DNA of 64,000 nt from Octopus vulgaris (lineage: Eukaryota). The notes beneath the pieces were generated by a model. The model was not told the DNA's origin. It ran no database searches and saw nothing but the letters and a program-made list of their open reading frames with translations. Position 1 is the first letter of the stretch. The number at the start of each line of letters is the position of its first letter. Positions 53,355 to 64,000 of the stretch are shown piece by piece. Where the stretch lies: assembly GCA_951406725.2 (NCBI GenBank), contig OX597817.1, positions 18,910,001 to 18,974,000 on the forward strand. Reading direction: 5' to 3'. The position numbers and the translations under genes were made by a program.

Positions 53355-53504
53355 AACCCAGATTCGAAATTTTCCCCAAGACACCTGATGAATGCTGGAG
53401 GGTATATCAGCCGAAAAGTTGTGTTAACAACAAAGATGAGGACAAATATCCGTCAAAAGTAAATAATGTAAATAGTGTACATAATTTCTCATCTGTTAAA
53501 TATA
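53355..53504 (+). mobile_element. Headless copy of the hammerhead-tailed element (HHR at 53380-53425); last bases at 53952-53972
   Basis: Matches 21079-21203; GACAC-CTGATGA..CAGCC-GAAAAGTT-GTGTT (helix III C>A). Confidence 0.8.
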
Positions 53505-53951
53505 TATTTCTTTACTACCCACAAGGGGCTAAACATTGAGGGGACAAACAAGGACAGACAAAGGGATTAAGCCGATTACATGGACCCCAGTGCGAAACTG
53601 GTACTTTATTTATCGACTCCGAAAGGATGAAAGGCAACGTCGACCTCGGCGGAATTTGAACTCAGAACGTAACGACAGACGAAATACCTATTTCTTTATT
53701 ACCCACAAGGAGCTAAACACAGAGGGAACAAACAAGGACAGACATAGGTATTAAGTCTATTACATCGACCCCAGTGCGTAACTGGTACTTAATTTATCGA
53801 CCCCGAAAGGATGAAAGGCAAAGTCGACCTCGGCGGAATTTGAACTCACAACGTAACGCAGACGAAATACCGCTAAGCATTTCGCCCGGCATGCTAACGT
53901 TTCTGCCAGCTCGCCTTCTGCCAGCTCGCCTTCTGCCAGCTCGCCTTCTGC
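53505..53951 (-). mobile_element. Tandem family-N SINE dimer with triplicated head and 15-bp TSD
   Basis: (TTCTGCCAGCTCGCC)x3; CATCT[G/C]TTAAATATA at 53490-53504 and 53952-53966. Confidence 0.88.
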
Positions 53952-56387
53952 CATCTCTTAAATATAGAACTGTAAGAGCAGAAGAGATTCTATAAAGAAA
54001 TAAATGAAGCGTGTACAGATGAAAAGTTGTTACTAGATAACATTGAAAATCAAAAGTTTTGGAGTGACATCTGGAGCAAAGACAAGGAGCACAAGAAGGA
54101 TGCTGAATGGTTGCAAGAACTGAAACAAACAGTAGTCTGTCCAAAACAGGCAGAACTAGTCATTTCAGTAAAGGAAGTGAAGGAAACCAGCAAAAAAAGG
54201 CAACTGTTAGGCCTCGGGACCAGATGGAGATCAAGGCTACTGGATCAAAAGATTTGGTGAATAACATGGACGAATAGCTGCACAACTCACTAAGTGATAA
54301 TACCATGGTATTGGGTAGCACAGTACTGTGCTTGAAAAACATCGGAAAAGGCAGGCAATAAGTTAGACAATTACACGCCGATATCCTGTTTGTCACAAAT
54401 GTGGAAGTTCTTGACTGGAATACTCGCAGAGTTAATGTACGAGCATCTGGAAAAATTGAATCCTGTCCCATGAGCAGAAGGGTTGCAAGCGTAGGTGCAG
54501 ATGTACCAAGGATCAACACCTGATAGACAAAACTGTTCTTAGTTACTGCAAGGGGAGGAAAAGTAACTTAGCCATGTCATAGATCGACTATAGTAAGGCG
54601 TACGATACGATCCCACATTCTTGGATAACGGAGTGTATGAACCTGTTCGGTATTGCATCGAATTTTGAGTGATTGCTTGGAAAAAAGATGACGAATTGGG
54701 GGACCTGACAGCATATGGAAGACGTTTAGGGACAGTAGAAATTAGGAGGGGCGTCTTCCAAGAGGACCGCCTGTCCCCACTGATCTGTGCTTGATACCAC
54801 TGATTCTGAGGAAACCAAAAGCTGGGTATGTATTCAAAAGCCGCCAGCGAAAAGTCAACCATTTGTTATTCATAGATGATCTCAAACTTTATGGTAAAGA
54901 TGAAGCACAAATCAGTTCCCTCGTTGATACAGTGTATACCTTCAATAATGATATCAGAATGGAGTTCTAACTGAAAAAGTGTCGTGTGTTAGTCTTGAAG
55001 AGAGGCATAATAAAATATAAGGACGGGCTAACGATACCGTCGGGGACGGTTATGAAGCAGATAGAGTAGACGGACTAGAAGTACTTGGGGATGTTGGAAA
55101 TGGATAAAGTGATGGAGAAAAAAATGACAGAAAAATTTAAGGTTGAGTACTTGCGCAGACTGAGACTGATCCTAAAGTCGAAATTAAATGGACAAAATAA
55201 GATCAAAGCTATCAACACCTGGGCGGTTTTACTCCTTAGCTATCGAGCTCGGTTAACCGCAAGGATAGTAGACGAACTAAACAGCTTAGAGAGAAAGTCA
55301 AGGAAGTTGCTAACAAGATATGTGTCACTCCACACAAAACGTGACACAGGCAGACTGTATGTACCAAGAAAAAGAGGGGAAGAGGACTTATTGAATGCGA
55401 AGACAGCATTAGATCAGAAGAAAACAACATAGCATGGTATATGAAAAATGCCAGAGAACAGCTATTATTAAAAGTAGGAAGGCCAGGTTTGTTTAGGATG
55501 AAAGTTTGCAAAGATAAAGCACTATACATTAAATTTAAAACGAACTAAATTGAAAATAGGTGGGTAAAGAAAAGAATGCACGGTCAATTTCATAGGGATG
55601 TTGAAGATAAGACAAACAGAGAAGAAAGATAGCTGCGGATGACTAAAAGTGATTTAAAACCGAAAACGAAGGCTCTACTCAGCGCAGCCCATGGGCAAGC
55701 ACTAAGAACAAACTACACAAAATACAGAATAGACAACACACCGGAAAGTGATAAGTGCAGAATCTGTGGACAAAACGGTGAAACCGTATGGCATATTACC
55801 AGCCAATGTACGCCAATAGCCCAGAAGGAATATAAGAGATGCCACGGAAACATAGCCAGGCTTGTCCATTGCACACTCTGTAACAAGTATGAACTTGACA
55901 GAGGAAAAAAAAAATGGTACGACCGCAAAACTGAAGGCATCGTCGAAAATAGAATTGCAAAGATACTATGGGATTTTATGATTCAGTGCGACCATGAGAT
56001 AGAGAATAGGAAGCCGGACATAGTGTTAATTGAGAAATGAAGCAAACTATGCTGCATCATAGATATAGCATGCCCAGCTAAGAACAAGGTATGCGATAAG
56101 GAAGAAAGAAAAGTCGATAGATATGACAGGTTAGCTTGGGAAGTTAAGCAGTTTTGGTCGATGAAAAAGGTAGCAGTAGTACCAATAAACAGTGAGCAAA
56201 ATCTTGTGAAGTACGTGTAACAAATAGGGGCTGCAAAAAGGGTGGAACACTTGCAGAAAACTGCAGTGATTGGAACCGCTCGAATACTCCGGAAGGTGCT
56301 CGAAAAATAAAAGGTTTTATCTTAGTTCACTGGTAGTGAACATCCGACACTCTAGTACATCTCCATCGTTAGAAGCTGTACAAAGGT

Positions 56388-56476
<89 letters not shown>
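56388..56476. repeat. (AAT)n
   Basis: Direct observation. Confidence 0.97.
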
Positions 56477-56477
<1 letters not shown>

Positions 56478-56479
56478 TA

Positions 56480-57620
56480 CAGAAATTAAAACGAAAACTG
56501 AGACGGAGTACATCAGAAGTGTGAGGAATCTAATGAAGTCCGAATCTAGTGAAGGCTGTAAATACTTAGGCAGAATCATTACTTGGATAATCAACAGCTT
56601 TTCTAGACTGGACAAACATTGAATTAGCAAAACTAGCCAGAAGAACTAGGAAGGAATTCAATATGAATGGAGGTCTCTACCCAAGCGCAGGATTAGCAAG
56701 ATTATATCTTCCTAGAAAGGAAGGTGGAAGAAGGTTAATATTAGTGGAAGACTGCGTGGCGTTATCTAGAGTAGATGTAGACTCCTACGTAGGTAATAGT
56801 TAAGAAAGTTTATTACAAGCTGCTATAGACACAGCAACTCATAGGGAAACTAAAACACCAAACTAAATTAAAAACCAGAAAACGAGCAAAAATTATCTGT
56901 GTGGCAGGAGGTGTTGCATGGTAGATTCTCAAAGTTAGTTGTAGCAAACAGTAGTAGTGAGATATGGTTATGGCTGCACTAGGGAAAGCTGAAGGGGAAA
57001 ACAGAAAGTTTGTTAATAGCTGCACACGATCAAGCATTAACGACTTATTGGATAAAATCCAAAATAGACAAAAACCAAGTAGATTTCCAATGTAGATTAT
57101 GTAAATCAAAACAGGAAAGCGTTACTCATATAGTAAGTGAATGTAGCATGCTGGAACAGAAAGAATGCAAGAAAACACAAGACAATCTAGATAGAGCAAT
57201 CCACTGGGGGATTTGTAGAAAGCTAGGAAACTTACAGATAAATGGTATGAACATGAACCTAGTAAAGTACTAGAAAGTGTGAAATACAAGATATTGTGGG
57301 ATTTTAACATTGAGACTGACAGAATGATAGACGCTAAAACGCCTGATTTGTTAGTAGTAGATAAATTAAAAAATAATATTGTTAAATAATTGTCGTTACT
57401 GTCCCAAATAATGAAAAATTAAAGTGAGAAGTATAGAAAAATAGCAAATACCAGGACCAAGCTATTGAATTTCAGAGACTATGGAAAGTGAGGGTAAAAT
57501 GTATCCCTGTAGTTATAGATACATTAGGAACTACCCATAAAGATTTGAACAGATGGATAGAGGAAATAGTTATAAAACCCAGCTTTGGCCACGAACTGGA
57601 AGGTTAACCTTAGGAATTAG
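56480..57620 (+). mobile_element. RLE LINE 3' half
   Basis: ARLYLPRKEGGRRLILVEDCV, LLIAAHDQALTT, CRLCKSKQESVTHIVSEC, KILWDFNIETD..PDL. Confidence 0.88.
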
Positions 57621-58265
57621 CAAGTGTCTCCGCTATGTCACATTTGCAGTAGAATGGATGAAACCATTGCCCATATCACGAACAAATGCCCTAGACTTGC
57701 TCCAAACCACTACAAGTTGTGGCGACTTGATCAGGTAACGACAGTGCTACGTTGGGAATTGTGAGAACTGTGGGTTAGAAAGAGGCACGACGTGATATGA
57801 ATACAAACCAGAGAGAGTGGTGGAGTCGGAGACTAGCAAAATCCTTTGCAATTTCGCAATCCAAACATCAGGTCCTTGAGCATAACAGACCGCATCTAGT
57901 GGTGATGGACAATGTGCATCACATATGATATATAGTCAAGAAGGAAGGTGAAAATAGAAATAAATACGCCCGTTTAAGTACGAAATTGCCTGGCTATGGA
58001 AAATGTAGAAGGTGAAGACAGCGCCAAATATTGTTGGGTTCTTGGGGACAGTATCAGAAAGCATCAAGGGGAATATAAAGGAAATTGGAATAGAGTGTCC
58101 ACTAGAACTGTTACAAAAGTTTTATCTTCTTGACACGGCCAGAATGATCAGCAAAATATTAGATAGCAGAAAAGAAGGGATGGCATGGTACCGTAGGCTG
58201 CAGCTAGCAAGCCCGCTCCGCATGCAAATCTCCCGGAGTCACAACAAAATCTGTGATAAAAAGAT
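57620..58265 (+). mobile_element. RLE LINE 3' fragment
   Basis: SKCLR..ETIAHIT..CPRLAPNHYKLWRLDQV, WYEYKPE-like segment, IVGFLGTVS, LLQKFYLLDTARMISKIL. Confidence 0.8.
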
Positions 58266-58449
58266 ATAATATTGTTAATAATAATAATTTTGAATTTGAA
58301 ATAAGTTTGCTTATGATTTTCTCTTCGTTCTGATTATAGTATGAATATTTCTGAGAGCACACAGTTTCGTCTAGTGACAACATATGACAGCAAACTTTCA
58401 AATCTAAGTGCCATATCTTTACTTCTTCAAACATGAATTGTGAACCCTG

Positions 58450-60260
58450 TTATCTACTAATCTGTTGTCTGTATCCCTACAACCAACAATAACCTACCGT
58501 CAATTACCTCTTAGAAATTTAATACAAACCTGGTTTTAGAAGATTAATAACGTTAAGACAAATGTTGATATGGATGTAAAGATTCATTACAGCAAAACAA
58601 AATATAACCAAAGGCTGAAGATTGCTGAAGATTGCATGGATTGATTATCAGTAGCCTGGGGACACTGTAGATATGATTTAGGCAGCTTCAGTAGTAAGAT
58701 ACATGGAAATTGTCATGTGTAATACGAAAATAATCTTACAGATATAAACAAGAGATATAATTTTAGAGGTTAACTTAAAACCCATTAGAATAAGAATACC
58801 TCAAAGAGATTCTCTCTTCTCTCCTTTTTGGTTTGATACTCGTGTATTTAAACGAAAAGTTAGGCCTTTATGCAACAGTTGGGCAACTAATGCAACAGTT
58901 GGGCACTTGATAATCGTTTGTATATAGACAACCTCAAGTATAGGTTGCACCGATAACAGAGTAAATAAGCAATTAGAAACACTTCTGCGGATAGTACATG
59001 TGTTTACCACGGACATTGATATTAGATTTAGACGAGAAATATTTGCCTGACTAAATTTGAAGAAGGTAAAATTAATTACTATCAGGATAGCCAGGGGTGA
59101 GAGAATTAGACCAAACACAGACATACAAATACTGGAAAATCAATGAATGAGGCCGTTTACAACACACATCTAAACGGAATATTTTAGCCGCATTAGATTA
59201 TTACTTAAACAGAGCTAAATGTGACAAATAATGCAATATGCATCAATACTCTAGCTGTTCTGGCAATAAATTATAGTTATGGTTATATAAGTTACAGTTA
59301 TATCTCACTAAATTAACTAGCAAGACAAGACTGGAGAAATAAGAATATTATTATCTAAATTTTGGATACATTGCTTGAAATCTGATATACAAAGATTATA
59401 TTTACTACAAAACACACAGAGATAGAATGCTTTTGTATCTACAAAACTATTATGTCCTTTGTATGATTCCACAAATATCTAGTAAAGAATAATGGAAACC
59501 TAATACAAATAGCTAAAAAAAGTAAAAGAAAAATGTCTTTCTTCAAGGAAGCCAACAAACAGAGGCATAAACGAAAACAAGTTATAAAGAAAAGGAAGAA
59601 ACGACAAAAATTTGCAAATAGAAATAAAAATAAATCTATAATCTAAGTTTAAAATAGGGTTGCAAAATACTACGATAAAGCGATGACAAGAAAACCTCCT
59701 ATCAATAACTGTAAAAAACTGAACAGAATGGAAGTAGACAAAGGAAAGCCAAAACATTAGTAAAGAAGTAGTGTAGTCAAAGCTGAGACTAAAGGATTTT
59801 TGATCGTGGTACATGATCAAAGCTTGCCTACCAAATACTACCAAAATCTCAGGAAATGAAGTAGAATACAATAATTCCGGAACATATGAAGTTGAGGAAG
59901 GATCAATTAAGTATATTATCTCTGCATTCCTAGTTATAATTAAGAATGGACACATTAGCAAGTTTGATACAGCTGCACCATACATAAATTGGATGCTACA
60001 CCAAGACTATGAAAGATAAAGAAGGAGAATGTAAAGGCCTTCAACATATAAGAATTATAAAGACACCATACTATGAGATATGCCAGCACACACTGATACA
60101 ACGATCCGGAATAATCGGTCAATAATTATTGACATATCTTCTATTACCTACCAGAAAAAGAAAAACGTATATCTCCCACAAGATCAATGAGCCCAAGCAC
60201 GCGTTAATGTATTGTTTCAAAGGAATTACATAAACAAAAATTATATAAAGGTCTGGAATT
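58450..60260 (+). mobile_element. Heavily decayed RLE LINE
   Basis: ICINTLAV, KSDIQRLYL, AETKGFLIVVHDQSLPT, SIKYIISAF..AAPYINWML. Confidence 0.65.
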
Positions 60261-60699
60261 AGACCTTTATGTGCGCGTGTGCATATGTATGCGTGTGCCT
60301 TAATAGATTCTTAAAATACAATCGCGTGTAAAAGCGACTGAGACAGGGATACACCAAAGGAATCTTTGGAGTAACGTTAATTGATTGGATGCGTAACTTG
60401 GAGATCAGAGGCCGCTACAGGTAAAGCCGCTACTTCTCCGAATTGAAAACTCACAGTTCTGATGCTACGGGCATGTGATAAGAATGTTTCGGGAAAGAAT
60501 CGCTGGACAGGTTTTATGGGGAAAACGAACCCTCAATAGATTCAGTTGGTAGATCACAAATAAGATGGTGGGATAATAGCTCGATCGGTCTCGCATATGG
60601 ATACAGCCGGATCAATTGGAAACATCTGCTTCTTACAGGACCCAATAAATGGCGTGCTTGAAAACTCACCTCCACGACTCTCCCAAGAATATGTGGGCG

Positions 60700-61915
60700 A
60701 AGAATGTAGTATGAGATGGATGATCTGAAATTATATGGACAATGCAGATCCCAAATTATTTCACATGTGGATACGGTGCTTGGTTTTATTCTGGACTTCC
60801 GAATGGAATTTGGTGTGTGTTCATTCCGAAGCGAGGCAAGATCAAACTCCTGAGCGGAATAGTAATAACTTCAGGAAAGGTCAGGAAGCAAATAGATAAC
60901 AAATGCCGTAATGGAGCAGGAAATGAAAAGTAAGCTTATAGACAAATACAGACAGTTAGATTCATTCTGAAATCAACGCTGAATGGTAGGAATAGATATG
61001 AGGCATTTAATGCTTACGCTATATCCCTGCTAAGATATGGAACTAGAGTGGTTGGTTGGATAGTTGATGTGTTAGAATATCTGGATAGAAAAACAAAGAA
61101 GTTACTCATAATGAACGCAACCTTTCATCCAAGTGATATTGATAGATTATATGTCAAAAGAAAAAAAAAAAAAAGGGAGAGAGGTCATTAGTTGTAAAGG
61201 CTGTGTTGGAGCAGAAGAGAACGGCGTAGCTTTGTATGCAAAGACTGCTACTGAACCATTGCTGTTGGAAGTTTAAAAAAATCAAATTGGATGAAAATTG
61301 GAGATGCAAGGAAGAGTCTGAATGCAAGAATAAAATCGAAACCGAAAGAAGATGGACAGAAAAAAAGATGTACAGGCAATTTTACAGAGACACGAAAACC
61401 GAAACCTATTTGGAGAAAAGGTGACTATGAATGCGGAAAAGTGACCTTAAACCCAAAATAGAAGCTTTAATTCGTGCAGCACAAGAGCAAGCCTTGAAAA
61501 CAAATTATCTTAAGCACAAGATTGACAACTCAGATCCAACAGAAAAATGTGAGGTGTACAGAGAAAATGTGAGGTGTACTGACGTCACGATAACATAGAG
61601 AAAATCATGCAGAAAATTCGGTGTTGAAAGAGCAAGTGACTGGCATGAACACAAAGCAGACGTTGTAGAAAATGAACATGCAAAGATTTTATGGGATTTT
61701 ATGGCACAATGTGAGCATGAAATTGAACATCGAAAACCAGGTAATATGGACAACAAACAGACTTCGGTTTTAGATATGACTTATCCAGCTAACAATTAGT
61801 GACAAAGAATCGAATAAAACTGAATGAGACTAGCATTGGAAATAAAACATTTATGAGCAATGGAAAAGGTTCAGGTGGTCCTTGTTATTGAGAGAGCGCT
61901 TGGTAATGTGAGCAC
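60700..61915 (+). mobile_element. Decayed RLE LINE
   Basis: DDLKLYG, KSTLNGRNR, LDRKTKKLLIMNATFHPSDIDRLYVKRK, KSDLKPKIEALIRAAQEQAL, KILWDFMAQCEHEIEHRKP. Confidence 0.85.
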
Positions 61916-62014
61916 CAGAAATGGAAACAACAAGTACCAGTTGAGCACAGGAGTCGGTGTAATTGATTCCCTACCCTTGAAATTGCTGGCAATGTGACAC
62001 AATTTGAAAGCATT

Positions 62015-62220
62015 ATTATTAGGATTATTGTTATAATTATTATAAAAAAAGCCTCAGGGTATGATGGAAAAGTGGGTTTGATGGAAAGTGAAAGATGTCC
62101 ACATCGAATACACTAAGGTAAAGCTTGTTTACTGATCATGCTTCAAGAACTGCGGAAGACTCTTGCAGTACCAAGCAATGTTCTTTCTACTATATGCACA
62201 AAATCCGAAATTTTGGAGGA
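62015..62220 (-). mobile_element. Short LINE 3' end (similar to 3740-3880)
   Basis: Minus strand TLLGTARVFRSS, then a UTR with TAAACAAG and TTCCATCATACCC. Confidence 0.6.
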
Positions 62221-62419
62221 GAGTGCATGTCGATTTCATCGACTCCAGTGCTCAATTGATATTTATTTTATCGATCTTCGAAAGGTAGAATTTGAACGCA
62301 ATAAAACACCGGTCGTCGTGTCACCTGATCTTTAGAACTTTTACTATGGGTGAACATGTCAAATACAAATGTATTGAAGAATGACGTGAATGAGGTCGGA
62401 ATTGATAACGCTGAGGGCC

Positions 62420-63815
62420 ATTCGATCATCAGCCCGGTTGATATATAATTATTCTGGTACGATATATAGGGGAAAAGATGGATTGGAGCACACTGAAAGC
62501 AGTTCTGTAATGTAATGTTACATTTGAAGTGAACCTAGTAGTTTTGGCTAAACTGAGATAATGGAAACGGTATGACTTCAAAAATGGAATGTTTGATGTA
62601 ACCCAGACGAGATTAAGTGGCAAAATAAGCCAAATATGACAGAAAGAACGGGTTACAGATAAAGAAACCGAAGAAATCAAGCGCAAGATCTACCTAACAT
62701 GTTATAGCAAAGTAGAACACATAGAAGATGCCAGTAATACTGAAAGCAGAGGCTTGAAAGTTCAGATACCACATATCAAGAGATAGCTAACTATCCAGGA
62801 GAAAAACGAGAACATATCTTTTCTGATGAAGAGATGGTCATTGCTAGTAGAGTACGTGTTATCCAGTCAAATGAAGAATACAATAATGGAAGAGGCACAG
62901 ATAGTTAACCAAGTCTTGGCATCGGGAGTTATGATATCAATATGACCAACATCTTAATGTATGCTGTAGCGGTGGTAGTAACGGAAAGATATGGAGTGAA
63001 TATATCACAACACCAGAAGACTTCAAGAGAACCCTGGTGGAAAAGGAGATTGAGAAATAGGGAGACGTGTTGCGACAAGGCTTTCCGAGGGAAAACATTT
63101 CGTAGCAAAGGAGATAAGATAAAACTATACTCTATGAAGAGTTTCAAAAAAGTACTGGCTGAAAGAAAAACAATATAGGACATTGACGAAAGAAACAAAA
63201 GAATGGGTAAAGTTGATAATTGCCAAAATAAGGAGATGCAACAATATAATTGAGCAATTTAGCCTAAATAAATTGATCAAAACAAATCACAATAGATTTT
63301 TGATGGAACTAAAGTGAGATGTTGCTGTGAACAAACTATTTAACAACGAAAGACAAAAGAAATCTGGAGAGATTTTTGTGTGAAAGTAGTGAAACACAAT
63401 GGCGATGCAGAATTGATAAAATGGTTAAAGGTAAATAACGCAGATATGCGAAAACAAAAATCATGGAGACCACAGAAGAAAAGTTTTAAAATGCCTACAA
63501 AGTGATGTGAAACCGGAATTCTGCTGGACCAGATTAGGTGCAACGATTCTGGTTAAAAAGTGTATATGATAGCGTGACACACTCGTGGATCCAAGAATGT
63601 TTCAATATATTTGAGATAGAGAATGTTGTTCGATTCTTACAAACCAATATGACAAAACAAAACACTACACTGACATCAGGTCAAGATATGTTAAGTGAGT
63701 TCCGCATAAGAAGTGGAATGTTCCAAGGTGATACACTCTCGCCCTTGCTATTCGTAGTTGCTCTTAGCTCCGTTATCATGACCATCAGAGAAACTAAATC
63801 ATGTTTCTAGTTTAG
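62420..63815 (+). mobile_element. Decayed RLE LINE, 5' part to RT
   Basis: REPWWKRRL, VYDSVTHSWIQECF, IRSGMFQGDTLSPLLFVVAL. Confidence 0.85.
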
Positions 63816-64000
63816 TATAATATCCTTAAATTGGACACACAAGTTGTGTTTGCCATTATGAATAAATGTGATACTTGTTTCTTTCCCAGGGGTGCTTTTA
63901 TTTCCCGACTCACAAAGTTGGGGACACTTCAAGTCAGCTTCTAGTTGAAATAGATGTCGATCAAAAACCTTATTGATCGAGTTTTGTTTGTAAACGCAGT

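Larger units (their letters stand above)
52850..56385 (+). mobile_element. Long decayed R4/Dong-like LINE (RT, zinc knuckle, RLE), interrupted at ~53355-53972
   Basis: IDYSKAYDTIPHSWI, GVFQEDRLSPL, HLLFIDDLKLY, KSKLNGQNKIKAINTWAV, KCRICGQNGETVWHITSQC, KILWDFMIQCDHEIENRKPDIV, HLQKTAVIGTARILRKVLEK*; then (AAT)n. Confidence 0.92.

Noticed and set aside
53900-53951. Short direct repeats resembling a CRISPR array
   Set aside because: No spacers, eukaryotic context, and it is a triplicated SINE head

Overview
AT-rich, microsatellite-dense animal DNA with no intact protein-coding gene that I can support. The repeat families (tRNA-headed SINEs resembling the octopus OR/OK types, RLE-type LINE relics) suggest an Octopus/coleoid intron or intergenic region; this is an inference. 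Contents: many decayed RLE-clade non-LTR retrotransposons (R4/Dong-like, plus one CRE-like), including an almost entirely co-oriented stack at 52.8-63.8 kb; at least four SINE families; three copies of a non-autonomous Helitron; two foldback-like DNA elements; Tigger/pogo and Tc1/mariner relics. The main signal not explained by the ORF track is a set of minimal type-I hammerhead ribozyme (HHR) motifs with palindromic helix III, in at least five sequence-distinct small non-coding elements. These elements mostly sit next to TA-rich microsatellites and often form inverted dimers. Three of the five families carry a CCGANGA core instead of CUGANGA. One family fuses a Pol III tRNA-like head to the HHR-bearing tail. 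Another has terminal redundancy consistent with copying from a ~330-nt circular RNA. All folds and alignments were done by eye; nothing was computed or searched.
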